This document shows positions 1 through 7,656 of a stretch of 27,967 nt of DNA, in pieces (positions within the stretch are counted from its first letter, which is position 1; every line of letters starts with the position of its first letter). The DNA lies in IMG/VR virus record IMGVR_UViG_3300010358_000011, positions 1 through 27,967 of that record; one strand, 5' to 3'. Position numbers and translations under genes: made by a program. The DNA is from a virus. Taxonomy: Duplodnaviria > Caudoviricetes. The notes under the pieces are model-generated. The model was not told the origin of the DNA. It was given only the letters and a program-made list of their open reading frames with translations, and ran no database searches.

Positions 1-40
1 CCTGTTATCAGCGGATCCCCAGGTGGGCCGAGGCGGCTGC

Positions 41-247
41 ATGACGCGCCGGCCGCGCACTCTGTGGACCGATGCGATGGTGCGCGAGCTGCGGCGGCTC
101 TACGCCACCGGCGCGGACGACAGTGCGATTGGCACGGCGCTCAACGTGCTGCCGCGCGCGGTGAAGCAGCGACGCGTGAAGCTGCGGCTGGTGCGCATGG
201 CGCATAGCGGCCAGGAGAGGCGGCGGATCGGGAGGCGGGCGGCATGA
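41..247 (+). CDS. Small HTH protein resembling the GcrA N-terminal DNA-binding domain
   Basis: LWTDAMVRELRRLYATGADDSAIGTALNV..AV...R.KLRL resembles the GcrA N-terminal pattern WT.E.V..L..LW..G.S.S.IA..LG. ATG at 41; stop overlaps the next start (ATGA 244-247). Confidence 0.55.
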   Translation: MTRRPRTLWTDAMVRELRRLYATGADDSAIGTALNVLPRAVKQRRVKLRLVRMAHSGQERRRIGRRAA

Positions 248-657
248 GCGCGCGGCCGTTCAAGCTGAAGCCGCCGAAGGTGCCGGAGGCGACGCGCCAG
301 CGTGGGATCGCGCAGACGCTGACGCTGGAGTTCGCGCCGGCAGGAAAACTCAGCCGCCACGGGGTGTGCTGGTACTCGATCGACATGGCGGCCTACTCCG
401 GCGTGGCGCCTGGGTTGCGGACAGCGCGCGGCTGCGTCGCTGGCGTCCCCGACGTCTTCCTGCTGTTCCGCGGGCAGTCGCATTTCATCGAGATCAAGAC
501 CGAGGATGGCGTGTTGTCCGATCCGCAGCGCGAGGTGATTGCGGCGCTGTTTGCGGCTGGCGGTCGCTGTGGTGTCGCGCGCGATGCGGACGAGGTGCTG
601 GCCATCATCGATCAATGGAGGATTCCCCGAGCACACCGGGTGAGGATTGCGGCATGA
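244..657 (+). CDS. VRR-NUC / PD-(D/E)XK nuclease
   Basis: G.VAGVPDVFLL....HFIEIKTEDGVLSDPQR...L...GG..GVAR is the typical VRR-NUC motif set. Confidence 0.85.
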   Translation: MSARPFKLKPPKVPEATRQRGIAQTLTLEFAPAGKLSRHGVCWYSIDMAAYSGVAPGLRTARGCVAGVPDVFLLFRGQSHFIEIKTEDGVLSDPQREVIAALFAAGGRCGVARDADEVLAIIDQWRIPRAHRVRIAA

Positions 658-673
658 GCAAAGGGAGGGAGTT

Positions 674-1759
674 TTGCTGACACGCGAGCAAGCGTCGATC
701 GCTCTTGGAATGCTCCAGCGTGGGGATAAGCAGCACGACATTGCGGCCTTTTTCGGGGAGAACCCCGGCCGCATCATCGATGTGAAATTCCAGCGTCTGC
801 CGCGCTACCAGGGCATTGAGCCGGCACCACTCGAGGCGCTGCCGATCAAATCCGGAGGTCACCCATACATGACGACAACCGCCGTATCATCATCGGCTGC
901 CACGCTCATCACTGCGACGATGGCGCTGGCGGAGCAGGTCCGCACGCTGGACGAGCTGATTACTACGACGCCGCCTTGCACGCCGAGCGTGGTGGTGGAC
1001 GTCACCCCGGAACTTGCGCATGAGATTCTGGAAAAGCGCAACAACAACAACCGCAACCACCGCCCGAAGAAGATCAACACCTTCGCTGAAGACATGAGCA
1101 ACGCCTGCTGGATCGTGACCGGCGACACCATCAAGTTCGGCAGCAACGGCGAGTTGCTGGACGGTCAGAACCGGCTGCGGGCTGGGGTGACCTCTGGGGT
1201 GACGTTCCGGACGCACATGGTGTTCGGCATCGACCCGGTGGCATTCAAGTATCTCGACAGCGGCACCACGCGCACCATGGGCGACACGTTCAAGGTCGCT
1301 GGCGTGCCCAACTGGGAAGTTGCCGGCAAGGCCACACGCTGGCTGATGATTTTCGACACGCCCGATGTCAACCGCGGCCTGAGCGTCGCGAACGCCGACC
1401 TGTTCGAGCACTACCAGAAACGGACCAGCCGGGATGCGCTGCAGCGGGCGATCACCGATGCCAAGAAGATATCCAAGACGATCCCGACCGGCTCGCTGGC
1501 AGCGATGTTGTACCTGTTCGACCGCAAGGATGCCAAGACCGCCCGGATATTCACCCACGATCTGGAGAAGGAGATGCGTGGCGGACGCACGCTGCTGACG
1601 CGGCTGCGCAACCTGCGGCGCGACAACGGCGGCCGACTGAATGAGAAGTATGCCACGGCGTTCACGGTGATGATGTGGAATGCATATCGCGCTGGATCGC
1701 CGCTCCGCAGCACGCAGCTGAGGTGGACGGACGCCGAGCCGCATCCGGTTATTGAGTAG
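674..1759 (+). CDS. N-terminal HTH + ParB/Srx-like domain protein
   Basis: VTPELA..IL..N..NR ... W..TGDTIKF...GELLDGQNRL is a ParB-like core. N-terminal MLQRGDKQHDIAAFFGENPGRI is HTH-like. TTG at 674 follows GGGAGG; the ORF track starts at 647. Confidence 0.7.
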   Translation: MLTREQASIALGMLQRGDKQHDIAAFFGENPGRIIDVKFQRLPRYQGIEPAPLEALPIKSGGHPYMTTTAVSSSAATLITATMALAEQVRTLDELITTTPPCTPSVVVDVTPELAHEILEKRNNNNRNHRPKKINTFAEDMSNACWIVTGDTIKFGSNGELLDGQNRLRAGVTSGVTFRTHMVFGIDPVAFKYLDSGTTRTMGDTFKVAGVPNWEVAGKATRWLMIFDTPDVNRGLSVANADLFEHYQKRTSRDALQRAITDAKKISKTIPTGSLAAMLYLFDRKDAKTARIFTHDLEKEMRGGRTLLTRLRNLRRDNGGRLNEKYATAFTVMMWNAYRAGSPLRSTQLRWTDAEPHPVIE

Positions 1760-1764
1760 CCGCT

Positions 1765-2718
1765 ATGAGCGAAGCAGCACGTATCCTGCCGTTCCCTGCG
1801 CCGCTGGAGCAGTGGCGGGCGGAGGGCCTGCGATTGGGCGAGCGCGAGCGGTCGGCGAAGTCGCTGATGTGGGACATTGGCGACTGGTGGAATGAGGGGG
1901 AGGCATACGGCGAGCGCGCCCAGGTGGTGACCGCTGGCGATTGGACGGGGCCGACGCATTCGCTCTGTCGAAAGGCTGGATCCGTTGCGGCCAGGTTCCC
2001 GAGTGTTACCAGGGTAACACTTCTGAGCTTCCAGCATCATGCCGAGGTTGCGCCGTTGTCGGACGATCTGGCTGTGCCGCTGCTGGAATGGTGTCGGGAC
2101 GCCGACGAAACGCCGACGATCCAGCAACTGCGCACACGCATCCAGCAGATACGCCGCGGCGAACGTGAGGAGGCCCTCGGCGCTAAGATCAGGGCGTTCG
2201 GTGACGAGCGCTATGGCGTGATCTATGCCGATCCGCCATGGCGCCTTGAGCCATACTCGCGCGAGACTGGGCTCAACCGCGCCGCCGACAACCACTATCC
2301 GACCATGACGCTGGACGAGATCAAGGCGCTGGCAGTGCCGGCGGCCGACGACTGCGTACTGTTCCTGTGGGCGACGGTGCCGATGCTGCTCGAGGCGCTG
2401 GCCGTGATGGAGGTATGGGGTTTCTCCTATCGGTCTCATACCGTATGGCTGAAGCCGCACGTCGGCACCGGGTTCTGGTACCGCAACCGGCATGAGCTTC
2501 TGCTGACTGGTGTTCGTGGCGACATCCCTGCGCCAGCGCCTGGCGAGCAGTTCCCTTCCGTGATCGAGGCGGCCGTGGGCGAGCACAGCGCCAAGCCGAT
2601 GGCATTCGCCGAGATGATCGAGGAGATGTTTCCGCATCTGCCGGCGATCGAGCTGTTCGCCCGCGGTCCACGGCTTGGCTGGGACGTATGGGGCAATCAG
2701 GCGGACGCCGCCGCATGA
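1765..2718 (+). CDS. MT-A70 family N6-adenine methyltransferase with LmbU-like N-terminal domain
   Basis: YGVIYADPPW, HYPTMTLDEIKAL, DDCVLFLWAT, HELLL.G.RG, HSAKP and IELFAR...GWDVWGNQ are MT-A70 motifs. N-terminal MWDIGDWWN.GE.YG and LSFQHHAEVAPL resemble the LmbU family. Confidence 0.9.
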   Translation: MSEAARILPFPAPLEQWRAEGLRLGERERSAKSLMWDIGDWWNEGEAYGERAQVVTAGDWTGPTHSLCRKAGSVAARFPSVTRVTLLSFQHHAEVAPLSDDLAVPLLEWCRDADETPTIQQLRTRIQQIRRGEREEALGAKIRAFGDERYGVIYADPPWRLEPYSRETGLNRAADNHYPTMTLDEIKALAVPAADDCVLFLWATVPMLLEALAVMEVWGFSYRSHTVWLKPHVGTGFWYRNRHELLLTGVRGDIPAPAPGEQFPSVIEAAVGEHSAKPMAFAEMIEEMFPHLPAIELFARGPRLGWDVWGNQADAAA

Positions 2719-2746
2719 CTTCCGAACCGCATCGAATCACGGTAGA

Positions 2747-2883
2747 TACAGAATCGGCACCGCGCCAACGATGCCGAACTGTAACTTTGGAACCGGTCCG
2801 GTGCCACCCGGACGAGAAAGGAACCGTACAATTCCCTTCTCGCACATGGGGCCTCGGACCGCAACACCCGAGGTGTGCCCATG
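2747..2883 (+). promoter_or_regulatory. Four consecutive stem-loops; the last occludes the RBS and ATG of the downstream gene
   Basis: TACAG-TCGGCA/TGCCGA-CTGTA (2747-2783); GTCCGG/CCGGAC (2796-2813); CGAGAA-GGAA/TTCC-TTCTCG (2813-2842); CATGGG-CCTCGG/CCGAGG-CCCATG (2845-2883). Confidence 0.5.
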
Positions 2884-3267
2884 AGTGACCTCCCCTATCA
2901 GCTCGCCGTTTCCCTGGCCCGTCCTGTGGTGCGCGGCTACCTCACGCCACACGACGCCCGCTGCGCCATCGCCGTCCATACCGCGCGCGCCGAGCGGGCG
3001 GGCCGCCTGGGCTACGACCCAGACCATGTCATCAGCTTCGGCCGCTTCCTGTTGGCCAGCCAAATCAAGCGGTTAGAGACCAAGCGCAGCGTCTGCGCGC
3101 TGCATATCGTCCAGCGCATCCGGCCCCTGATCGCCACCAAACGCCCGCGTAATCAGGTGCGCGCTGAGGCGCATGATTGCAACGGCGCCGAGGGCTTTCC
3201 ATTCGCCGAGCCGGAGGTGACGGGTCTCGTCGACCGCGAATATTATTTCGCAGGGAGGCGCAGCTGA
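2881..3267 (+). CDS. Hypothetical protein, coupled to the helicase gene
   Basis: ATG 2881 after GAGGTG; TGATG overlap with the helicase start at 3267. Confidence 0.7.
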   Translation: MSDLPYQLAVSLARPVVRGYLTPHDARCAIAVHTARAERAGRLGYDPDHVISFGRFLLASQIKRLETKRSVCALHIVQRIRPLIATKRPRNQVRAEAHDCNGAEGFPFAEPEVTGLVDREYYFAGRRS

Positions 3268-4574
3268 TGGACCCCTCCCAGATGAGCCCGACCGAGCAGG
3301 CCGCCTATGTTGCCAAAATGGACGAGGTGGCGCGCGTCGACAACTTCACCGCCCAGTTCCGCCCCCCTGAGCCTGAAACCAAGCCCAAGGTCGTGCCGAT
3401 CCGCTCCGGGCGCGGCAATGGCGCGCTTGAGCTGCGCGCCGCTCGTTTGCCCGACCCAGCCACCATTCCGCCGCGGCGATGGCTCTACGGCACCCAGCTC
3501 ATCCGCTCGTTCGTGACCGTCCTGGTGGCGCCAGGCGGCACCGGAAAATCCGCCTACGCGATGACTGTGGCTGCCGCCATTGCTTCTAACCGGTCGCTCC
3601 TAGCCGACCACATCTTCAGCCATCTGAACGTTGCATACATCAATCTCGATGACCCGATGGACGAACTGGAGCGCCGCCTCGCGGCCGTCATGCTCGCCCA
3701 CAAAATACGCCGCGAAGACCTACAGGGCCGGCTGTTCCTCGAGGACTGCGACGGTCACGGGCTCACGCTGGCCGCCATGGCGCGTGACGATAACGGCTTC
3801 TACGTCGCCAACCCAGACAAGGACGCCCTCATCGATCTGATCCGAGATAACAATATCGGGCTGCTGGTCTGCGATCCGTTCGCCGAAAGCCATACGCTGG
3901 AGGAAAACAGCAATCCACAGATGGTGCAGGCGGCTGGCGTCTGGCGATATATCGCCCGTGTCACCAGCTGCGCCGTACTCCTCGTCCACCACGTCCGTAA
4001 GGGCGACATCTCCAATATCGACGCCGCCCGCGGCGCCAAGGCCCTGACCGACAGCGCCCGCGTCGGACTGCTGATGTCCGTGATGTCAGCCTCTGAGGCC
4101 GAAGAGTTTCAGATCGCCGAGGACGACCGCCTCAGCTACGTCCGCCTGGACGACGCTAAGCGCAACATGGCCGTTGCCGCCAAGGCCCGCTGGTTCCGCC
4201 ATCAGACCGTACCGCTCGGCAATACATTCGATCCCACATATCCCCGCGGCGACAGTGTCGGCGCTATCATGCCGTGGCAGCCACCTGCCAACGAACTCGC
4301 CGAGGCACCAAATTCAGAACTGAATACCGTCCTCGATGCCATCAAGGCCGGTCCCGAGCCTGGTATTCTCTACACTCGCTCAAAACGCGGCGACAGCGCC
4401 CGTTGGTGCGGCCAACTACTCTGCGACGCCTTCCAGGTGCTGGAGCAACAGGCCGCAAAAATGCTCGGCCTCTGGTTCCGATCCGGCCTCCTGTTCGAGA
4501 AAGAATATTACCACCCGAAGTGGCGCCGGAACACCAAAGGCGTTGCCGTAAACGACACGCTGAGGCCAACGTGA
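3267..4574 (+). CDS. RepA-type AAA_25 replicative helicase
   Basis: PPRRWLYG, Walker A APGGTGKS, YINLDDPMDELERRL, Walker B LLVCDPF, LLVHHVRKG, ARGAKALTDSAR, DAKRN. Confidence 0.9.
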   Translation: MDPSQMSPTEQAAYVAKMDEVARVDNFTAQFRPPEPETKPKVVPIRSGRGNGALELRAARLPDPATIPPRRWLYGTQLIRSFVTVLVAPGGTGKSAYAMTVAAAIASNRSLLADHIFSHLNVAYINLDDPMDELERRLAAVMLAHKIRREDLQGRLFLEDCDGHGLTLAAMARDDNGFYVANPDKDALIDLIRDNNIGLLVCDPFAESHTLEENSNPQMVQAAGVWRYIARVTSCAVLLVHHVRKGDISNIDAARGAKALTDSARVGLLMSVMSASEAEEFQIAEDDRLSYVRLDDAKRNMAVAAKARWFRHQTVPLGNTFDPTYPRGDSVGAIMPWQPPANELAEAPNSELNTVLDAIKAGPEPGILYTRSKRGDSARWCGQLLCDAFQVLEQQAAKMLGLWFRSGLLFEKEYYHPKWRRNTKGVAVNDTLRPT

Positions 4575-4582
4575 CCCCCTCG

Positions 4583-4755
4583 AACCGTAGCAGATTTAGC
4601 CCGAACCGTAGCGCAACCGTAGCGCAATGCGACGGTTGCTACGGTTGCTACGGTTTTTTCTTCCAGAAAAACCGTAGACAAGGGACCGTAGCGTCAACCG
4701 TCGCAGCCCGAACCGTAGCAGCGAACCGTAGCAACCGTCGCAAGGGAACCGTAGC
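4583..4755. repeat. Iteron-like array of 13 copies of AACCGT(A/C)GC; putative replication origin
   Basis: Forward copies at 4583, 4604, 4615; reverse at 4629, 4638, 4647; forward at 4670, 4684, 4696, 4711, 4724, 4733, 4747 (4670 and 4684 have one mismatch each). An A/T tract lies in the centre. Confidence 0.85.
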
Positions 4756-4805
4756 AGGGCCTCTGCCCATTGCCGTCTTCATTCGCAAAATCGTCGCACG
4801 CTGCC

Positions 4806-5420
4806 ATGTCCCTCACCCTTGACCATCCACCCCCTACCCGGTTAGATGCGCCCCAACAGGATACGGGGCCACTCCGCGCTTCGGCCCCCACGCCTAGCGG
4901 ATGTCGTGGTGGACCTCGCTGGTTCGTCGTCGCCACATACCCCCAAGCCGAGCGTCACGCCGCTCACAGCCTCGCCCAGCGCGGCTATCGCCCATACCTC
5001 CCCCTCGTCGCCGTCACCCGACGCGACCGCGTCACACGCACCATGACACGCACCGTCCAAATCCCGCTGTTCTCCGCCTACTGCTTCGTCCGCCTCGATC
5101 TGCGCGATCCCTGGTACCCCGTCCGCTACGCCCCAGGCGTGTTCAAACTCCTGCTCGATGCCGAGGGTTGGCCACAGCCCGTCGCTAGGGGCGCTGTCGA
5201 GACGCTGGAAGCCACCGAGGCCGTCCGGGCCACTCCACCACCCGACAACGCCTCCTGGGCGCCTGGCATGCCTTGCAGGGCCGCCGTGAGTGCGCTGAAG
5301 GACGTGGACGCCGTCGTCACCGACGTCCGAGGCTCAACCGCCACCATCAGCCTCATCATGCTCGGACACATGCGCGCCGTTACCGTGCCAATCGACTGTC
5401 TCGTGGCACGGGAAGGCTAG
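4806..5420 (+). CDS. NusG/RfaH-family transcription antiterminator paralogue
   Basis: RWFVVATYPQAERHAAHSL..RGY.PYLP ... PLFSAYCFVRLD ... VRYAPGV is an NGN domain, followed by a degenerate KOW-like C-terminus. It sits just before the late genes. Confidence 0.88.
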   Translation: MSLTLDHPPPTRLDAPQQDTGPLRASAPTPSGCRGGPRWFVVATYPQAERHAAHSLAQRGYRPYLPLVAVTRRDRVTRTMTRTVQIPLFSAYCFVRLDLRDPWYPVRYAPGVFKLLLDAEGWPQPVARGAVETLEATEAVRATPPPDNASWAPGMPCRAAVSALKDVDAVVTDVRGSTATISLIMLGHMRAVTVPIDCLVAREG

Positions 5421-5577
5421 CCAATGCCTCCGATGCGATCTTCCGCGCCGCAGCAATCGTCGCCGCCTCCTCCACGATACGCCGTAGCGCCACCCGCAGC
5501 GCCTGCTCACGCTCACGACGACGCGCACTCCGCTCCGTCGCCGTCATCGCACGATCGCCAATCAACCGGCGGGGCAT
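5380..5577 (-). CDS. Small basic protein, putative DNA-binding regulator
   Basis: MPRRLIGDRAMTATERSARRRER is the MT.AER..R.R pattern common in small phage proteins. TAATG coupling to the upstream minus-strand gene. Confidence 0.7.
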   Translation of the reverse strand: MPRRLIGDRAMTATERSARRREREQALRVALRRIVEEAATIAAARKIASEALASLPVPRDSRLAR

Positions 5578-5870
5578 TACGCCCCCGCCCGCCTCGTGTA
5601 GGTCGTCCGCGAGTAGCGGCAGATGTTCTGCCCGCTCACGTAGCCGTTGCCCAACCGCAGCACCTCAACTTCCGTCTCAGTGTTAATCAGGTCACGCACC
5701 GAGCGCTTAACCTCTTGCATCATCCGGTAAGGCAGCATTCCCTCGAACTTCACCGACACAATGTCATAGGTCCCGGCCGGGCAATCATCCGTAGCTTGCT
5801 CGTCTGTCACCACCATCACGTCATTGTAGGCCGGCTGCGTCCGGTTTCTGATCCAGTTCAAAGCGCTCAT
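5577..5870 (-). CDS. Hypothetical protein (97 aa, MSALNWIRN...)
   Basis: ATG at 5870 preceded by AAGGAGA on the minus strand, with a promoter directly upstream. Confidence 0.75.
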   Translation of the reverse strand: MSALNWIRNRTQPAYNDVMVVTDEQATDDCPAGTYDIVSVKFEGMLPYRMMQEVKRSVRDLINTETEVEVLRLGNGYVSGQNICRYSRTTYTRRAGA

Positions 5871-5897
5871 CGTCGTGTCTCCTTGTTCGATGACCAG

Positions 5898-5926
5898 AAT
5901 ATAGCGAAACGTGCGGCACGAATCAA
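5898..5926 (-). promoter_or_regulatory. sigma70-type promoter for the reverse two-gene unit
   Basis: Minus strand TTGATT (5926-5921), 17-bp spacer, TATATT (5903-5898). Confidence 0.75.
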
Positions 5927-5944
5927 GGGAAAAGTGCGGCACGA
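5910..5944. promoter_or_regulatory. Two operator-like sites GTGCGGCACGA
   Basis: Palindrome CGTGC-G-GCACG at 5910-5920 inside the promoter spacer; 11-bp direct repeat at 5911-5921 and 5934-5944. Confidence 0.65.
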
Positions 5945-6021
5945 TACGAATTATTTGCGGCTCGGACACATGAGACAGGTCAGCGTTCCTGTCGCTTGTC
6001 TCGTGGTACGAGATTGAACCT

Positions 6022-6354
6022 GTGGCAGCTAGACTTAATCCAAGGCAAGACCAAAGAGCCCGCGCCGCAATCCAAACTACACAGCTCTGCAAGCGGCTGA
6101 ATTCCTTCGCTTTGGGTGAAAATGATCCGTGCTACCCAGATAAGAAGCTGGAAATGTCCAGCGACCAGGTTCGTGCTGCGCTCGGTCTATTACGCAAAAC
6201 CATTCCCGATCTCGCTGTGACTGCGCATACCGGACCAGATGGCGGACCGGTCATGGTCGTGACCGGCGTTCTGCGCGAAGCCGACGAAATAGCGCCACAA
6301 ACTCCGCAGCTAACCTACGACAATGGCGAAACCTACGACTTCCAGACGCATTGA
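6022..6354 (+). CDS. Probable terminase small subunit
   Basis: Directly upstream of and overlapping TerL. RAAIQTTQL.KRL...ALGE...MS..QVRAA..LL.KT.PDL...HTG.DGGP matches small proteins found in this position. Confidence 0.7.
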   Translation: MAARLNPRQDQRARAAIQTTQLCKRLNSFALGENDPCYPDKKLEMSSDQVRAALGLLRKTIPDLAVTAHTGPDGGPVMVVTGVLREADEIAPQTPQLTYDNGETYDFQTH

Positions 6355-7651
6355 TCTCGGCTATCGCGCACGCCCGCAGTTCGAGGCGTTCCATGCGCGT
6401 AGACAACGCTGGGCTTGCATCGTCGCCCATCGTCGCGCAGGCAAGACCGTCGCCTGTGTCATGGACCTGATAGATGCAGCACTGCGCTGCAAAAAATCAG
6501 AGGGACGTTTCGCCTACATGTCGCCGACGTATACACAATCGAAGGACACATGCTGGCAGTATCTCAAGCGCTTCACCGCAGAAATACCAGGCGTCGAGCA
6601 GCGCGAAAGCGACCTGATGGTGGTGTTCCCTAACGGTAGTCGCGTTCGTCTATACGGCGCCGATCACTTCGATCGTCTGCGTGGTATATACAGCGACGGT
6701 CTTGTCCTCGATGAATACGCCGACATCAATCCGCGCGCATGGCCTGAAGTGTTGCGTCCATCACTCGCTGACCGTCAGGGTTGGGCGGTGTTCATCGGCA
6801 CGCCGCGCGGTCGCAACGACTTCTGGCGCGTTCATCAGCATGCAGAGAAAACGCCGGAGTGGTTCTCGCTCGTGCTGCGCGCCAGCAGCACTGGGCTGCT
6901 AGGCCAGGCCGAACTCGACGATATGCGGACGACGCTCACGCCGGAGCAGTATGACCAGGAGCTGGAGTGCAGCTTCGATGCAGCAATCCTGGGCGCCTAC
7001 TTCGGCAAGGAGCTGACTGAGGCCGAGGCTGCCGGCAGGATCGGCAAAGTCCCATACGACGACGTGCTTCCGGTGCATACCGCCTGGGACCTCGGCATCG
7101 GCGATTCAACTGCAATCTGGTTCTTTCAGGTCTCGCGTGATGGCGTGCGTGTCATCGACCACTACGAGGCGGCCGGCTATGGTTTGCCGCATTACGCCGC
7201 GGTGCTTGCCTCGCGCGGCTACGACTACGGCACACACTATCTGCCGCACGATGCACAGGCACGTCAGCTCGGCAGCGGTCGGTCACTGTGGGAGACGCTG
7301 AACGCGCTCACCAATCGCGTGCCGCGCATTCTGCCGAAGCAGAACGTCATGGACGGCATCAACGCAGCTCGCGTGACGATTGGAAGCGCATGGTTCGATG
7401 CTGAGAAGTGCCACGATGGGCTCGAGGCGTTGCGCGCCTATCGCGCTGAGTATGACGAGAAGGCCAAGACGTTCCACGACAGGCCGCAGCACAATTGGGC
7501 GTCGCACTCGGCTGACGCGTTCCGGTATCTAGCCATGGCGTGGCGCGAGATGGCACCAGAGAAGCCGAGGCCGCCTCTGGTCGATACCTGGGACATCGCA
7601 TTCCGGCGTGCGGCAGCACAGCGAGATGTGGCTGACTGGCGAGTGGCGTAA
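6323..7651 (+). CDS. terL: Terminase large subunit
   Basis: AHRRAGKT (Walker A), LRG...DGLVLDEY (Walker B), FIGTPRGRN, QELECSF, AWDLGIGDSTAIW, SHSADAFRYLA. Confidence 0.95.
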   Translation: MAKPTTSRRIDLGYRARPQFEAFHARRQRWACIVAHRRAGKTVACVMDLIDAALRCKKSEGRFAYMSPTYTQSKDTCWQYLKRFTAEIPGVEQRESDLMVVFPNGSRVRLYGADHFDRLRGIYSDGLVLDEYADINPRAWPEVLRPSLADRQGWAVFIGTPRGRNDFWRVHQHAEKTPEWFSLVLRASSTGLLGQAELDDMRTTLTPEQYDQELECSFDAAILGAYFGKELTEAEAAGRIGKVPYDDVLPVHTAWDLGIGDSTAIWFFQVSRDGVRVIDHYEAAGYGLPHYAAVLASRGYDYGTHYLPHDAQARQLGSGRSLWETLNALTNRVPRILPKQNVMDGINAARVTIGSAWFDAEKCHDGLEALRAYRAEYDEKAKTFHDRPQHNWASHSADAFRYLAMAWREMAPEKPRPPLVDTWDIAFRRAAAQRDVADWRVA

Positions 7652-7656
7652 GAGCG

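Noticed and set aside
4583-4755. CRISPR array
   Set aside because: The repeats are only 9 bp, in both orientations, with 0-14 bp irregular gaps, and there are no cas genes.
4571-4822. GTG-initiated ORF across the repeat array (CDGCYGCYG, TVA/NRS repeats)
   Set aside because: The peptide is just a readout of the 9-bp DNA repeats, so the apparent Cys motif is incidental.
5424-6017. 197-aa plus-strand ORF
   Set aside because: It overlaps the minus-strand unit, which has a promoter, RBS and coupling; its own translation is low-information.
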